Source of the DNA: the human T2T-CHM13v2.0 reference genome, Homo sapiens
Direction: 5' to 3' (one strand)
NCBI RefSeq assembly: GCF_009914755.1
Contig: NC_060929.1
Length of the DNA: 64,000 bases
The translations under genes and the position numbers were made by a program. The notes beneath the pieces are model-generated. The model did not search any database, had not been told where the DNA came from, and saw only the letters and a list, made by a program, of their open reading frames with translations. Below, piece after piece: positions 60,393 to 64,000 of the stretch. Numbering within the stretch: position 1 is the first letter of the stretch; the number at the start of each line of letters is the position of its first letter.

Positions 60393-62117
60393 GAGCACAG
60401 CGCATGGTTGGACCACTCCATTCTCTCCTGGGTTCACCCAGAGTCAGGAGCAAAAAATCTTGAATTTTAATTTCAGGCTTTATATTGTATTATTTGTAAA
60501 ATAGACCTCAAATCCTTCACCCATTCTCTGCTACCAGCCTAGCCTGAGCTACCATCACACCTCCCAGACAACGGCCTCATTCCACGTTCGTTCCCCGCAA
60601 ATCCATCCTTCCCTTAATGGGCAGAAGGATCTGTTGAGAGTATGGATGAGATCCTGCCACTGTCCTGCTCAAAACCTGCCAGCAGTCTTTGGTTGCACCT
60701 AGAAAAACCACCCAGCCCCTGTCCCATGGCCTGGAGGCCCATGGGGTGTGGCCCTATCTGCTGTTCCTCTTCCTGCTTTCCCTGCTCAGCCTTCAGCCCA
60801 GTGTCATTGCTCAGGTCCTTGCCGGGCCCCCAGCTAAATTTAGCTCCCCTTGGGGTGCGCTGCCCCCCGTCACCCTCCTCTTTCCTTTATGGCATTTTCT
60901 ATACTCTTCTGCTTGGTGTCCATTCCCCATGATGTGTCCGTCCCAGCACCTAAACTGGGCTTGGCCCACAGGAGTTGCTCCCTGGTATTGGTGAGCTGAC
61001 AGAGAGGAGGGCTGGGGCTACTTTTTGACTTGGGCCTTGCGACTGAGTGGGACCATGAGCAGAGCACAGCTCTCCACCCCAGGGCAGCAGCCCGGACCTC
61101 GGAGTCACGGCATGGCCTGTGGGTCAACCCTGCCCGCCTTGGCTGTGGGGCATGGGCATGTTATTTAATTTCCCATGCCCAGGGTCCTCATTTGTAAAGT
61201 GGGGATTGTAGGGTTTGCATAACAATTTAATTAAATGACAGAAATTCTACTCAGATCTTTAACAAGGCTGCTGCAGAGTTGGAGGCCACTAAAAGGTAGT
61301 TTCCTGCCTTTCTCTGTCCTGCTTCAAACTAAATAACAGATGGCTACAAAATCCAGGACCACCCAGGGTCATCTTCCAGAGGGCCAGTCACTGAGGCTGC
61401 AGGTGAGGGAGTTTTAACCCTCCCCCCAGCCCCTGTCTCCCACACCCACTGGCTCACTTTCCATCAGCTCTAAAAGTTTCCTGACTATCCAGGGGCCACA
61501 GCTGCGGTTGCCTGGGCTTTTCCATTCCTGAGACTAAAAGAATGTTCACAGCTGGAACCTGCACCAAACCCACCCAGTGACCCCAGATGAAAGCCCCCTG
61601 TACCCCATAGAGAGGCAGGAGCAGAGAGAGGGCCTCCAGTCACTCCGTGCTCCAGGGTCCAGGGTCCAGCTGGGGTTTCCAGCTCCCCTGTTGGCACCTG
61701 TTCCCCTCTGCGTCTCTGGCAATGACTCATTCCCAGGGACAGAGCTGCCTTCCTGGGGGATGAGCAGGAGCTGCAGGAAGCCAGAAGCGAGGCTGGGGGC
61801 AGTGGTCCACCTCCTCACCCCTTGTGCCCAGGGTTCAGAAAAGTGACCTGCCACCAGCGGCCGCCTATTGGCGTGTGGGAGGTGGCTGTCCTCCCAAATG
61901 CTGCAGGACATTGCTGATTAGGCTGCTTCGATGTGGGCGTTTTTTGACTAGGGGCATATTAAATGGCAATGGAAACCAGCGAAATCAGCCCTCCGGGAGA
62001 CAGCAACGCGGAAAGTACCTGCTCCATTAGGCTCAGCCTGGCTCTTCTCCCAGAAAAGCAGACTGGATGAAGGCACTGGGCCAGCTTAATGAAACCCAGC
62101 AGCAGTCCACGTATTCT

Positions 62118-63177
62118 TTTTTTTTTTTTCATTTATTTATTTTATTAAAAAGCTAAAATATATATTTAAAAATAACTTTAAAACTATTGAAAGCACCTGT
62201 GCAAAGGTGGGGGAAAGTCAATTTGAGTAACTAGGAAAGCCACAAAAGGACCCACTGCCCTGTGTATTTTTGTAATTTTTGCTCCTATCTCTGCAAGTAA
62301 TAACTCAAACATTGCAATCACATGCAACTAAGGTAAAATGAGGTAAACTGCTCTGCAGTGAGTTCTTCTACTCAGAAGGCAGTAGGTGAGCATGCTGGAA
62401 GTCACATGATCAAGGCTGCATCTCCCATCATCCCTCTGGGCAGTGATATGGGATAGTGGGTCTCTTTGAGGACTTCCAAGCCTGAGAGGGGGATGGACAA
62501 CATATGATTCATTGCTGGCTTGGGTCCATGTCTGTGGTCAACTTCACATAATTGGATGGGAAGAGCCCCACTTGTCCATTGACTTCTCCTTTCCACCAGT
62601 CGGGGTCCTCCTTGTTGAGGATGTTGATGATCTGGCCCTTGTTGAAGGCCAGCTCATCATCATTCTGCGCGGTGTAGTCGTACATCCCAATCACCTGGCA
62701 CACTGCCGCTAATGCTGTTGACTTAGGTGGCTCTGTTGGAGTGATTTTGCTCGTCCCAGGGCTTAGAAGCTTTACATAATTAGCTGGGAACCAGCCTATC
62801 TGGCGCTTTTTCCCACGTGCTTGCAGCTCTCCTTCCCACCATCCACCTGGGTTCTTTTTTCAGATCAAAATCAGCTGACCAGGGGCGAGAGTGAGCTGCT
62901 CGGGGCCCGTGGCGGTGTATGAGGAAATAACCTGGGCAATTTCAGGTTTTTTTCCTAAACTCCCTGATTTCCCCAGCAGTTCCAGAGCCCTCTGAATCTT
63001 TAAGCCTCACATAGTTAGAAGGGAAGACTCCGGCCTTGTCGCCCACTGTTCCTGTCCACCGGTCACCATCTTCTTGGTAACCAAAATCACATCTCCTTGC
63101 TGAAAGGTTAAATCTCCTTGCTCAGAACTCTGGTAAGTGTACATGGCAATAAATTCTTCTCCCGAAACGACTGGCTT
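62118..63177 (-). pseudogene. Processed, 5'-truncated pseudogene of ITSN1 short isoform (SH3C-SH3D-SH3E + 3' UTR + poly(A))
   Basis: The - strand reads [16 protein letters not shown]...[10 protein letters not shown]...[10 protein letters not shown]...[64 protein letters not shown] with no introns. AATAAA at 62141-46 and poly(A) at about 62118-29. Direct repeat agcagtccacgtattct at 62101-17 and 63178-94. Frameshifts near 63072 and 62972; TGA at 62860-62. Confidence 0.95.
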
Positions 63178-63566
63178 AGCAGTCCACGTATTCTAGGCTG
63201 TGTGAGAAGGGGGCTTCAGGGGCAGAGACGGGGTTCCACCCCTGGCTACACAGTTTCTCCAGCCTTGGATGCATACTCTCTGTGTGACTCTGACAGTGTT
63301 TGTTACGTCCTAGAGAAGAGCAAACTTCTGAATTCGCTGCACACCCTGCCTGGGCCAGTCCTGGACAGAACGATGCTGGGGGCCACTCTGAGCACAGACT
63401 CTGTGCCCATCACCTTGACTGACAGTCCTCAGGGGTTCTCCATCTCTTCTCTGCCTCCTACCCCCCCACCGATCAGGAACAGTTCCCCAACCTCCCCCAC
63501 CCCCCAGCAATTCTTGATGGAAGGTAGATCAGCATAATACAGCCTGCAGTGGGGTGTGTTTTAAAG

Positions 63567-63912
63567 CAGGGGCCCCAACCCCCGGGCTAAGGCCTGGTGC
63601 TGGCCAAGGCCACACAGCAGGAGGTGAGTGGTGGGTGGGCGAGCGTTACCGCCTGGGCTCTGCCTCCTGTCAGATCAGCAGTGGCATTAGACTCTCATGG
63701 CAGCTTGAACCCTATTGTGAACTGCGCATGCGAGGGATCTAGGTCTCGCACTCCTTATGAGAATCTAGTACCTGCCTGATGATCTGAGGGGGAACAGTTT
63801 CATTCTGAAACCATCTGCTGCCCCCTCTCCGGCCACCCATCCGACCCCAGTCATTGGAAAAATTGTCTTTCACAAAACCAGTTCCTGGTGCTGAAAAGGT
63901 TGGGGACTGCTG
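63567..63912 (+). mobile_element. MER1B-like hAT-Charlie DNA transposon
   Basis: TIR-like ends caggggccccaacc / ggttggggactgctg; internal ccacacagcaggaggtgag and ccttatgagaatcta; T/A-rich 8-bp flanks. Confidence 0.82.
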
Positions 63913-64000
63913 TTTAAAATCCTTCTGAATTCTCACACCTTCCATTATAGGTCTTCCTCCAGGAGAATCAGACCACAGCTCTTTGCCCCAGGCCCTGTGT

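Noticed and set aside
59815-60504. Overlapping 212-aa and 207-aa ORFs on opposite strands
   Set aside because: GC-rich sequence containing the 71-bp duplication, with no domain, splice structure or codon bias.
62509-62703. Intact 64-aa SH3 ORF as a functional gene
   Set aside because: It is the tail of a 5'-truncated retrocopy with upstream frameshifts and stops, a GTG start and no promoter evidence.

Overview
Human genomic DNA (Alu-dense, with a human-specific AluYb element). It holds the 3' part of ANKRD33B on the + strand: the end of intron 1, coding exons at 17193-17322, 37193-37333 and 47287-48134 (GT-AG, in phase, ankyrin repeats plus a basic tail), a CpG island over the last exon, and an Alu-free 3' UTR probably reaching about 55.9 kb. 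Downstream on the - strand is a 5'-truncated, disabled retrocopy of the SHORT intersectin-1 (ITSN1) isoform (SH3C-SH3E, 3' UTR, poly(A), perfect 17-bp TSD). The rest is mostly repeats: about 33 Alus, MaLR/ERV LTRs, L1/L2/MIR and MER DNA transposons. Almost all other ORFs in the track are repeat or GC artefacts. I found no clear new multi-gene system. The best leads are a 31-bp intronic VNTR whose unit pairs an RFX X-box with a TGACGTGG (UPRE/CRE) site, the ITSN1 retrocopy, a young AluYb forming an inverted pair, a zero-spacer inverted Alu pair, a cryptic NMD-inducing acceptor, and 3' UTR structure (GGGGCC-type G4, duplicated 70-nt element). Repeat subfamily names come from recalled consensus sequences; repeat boundaries are approximate.
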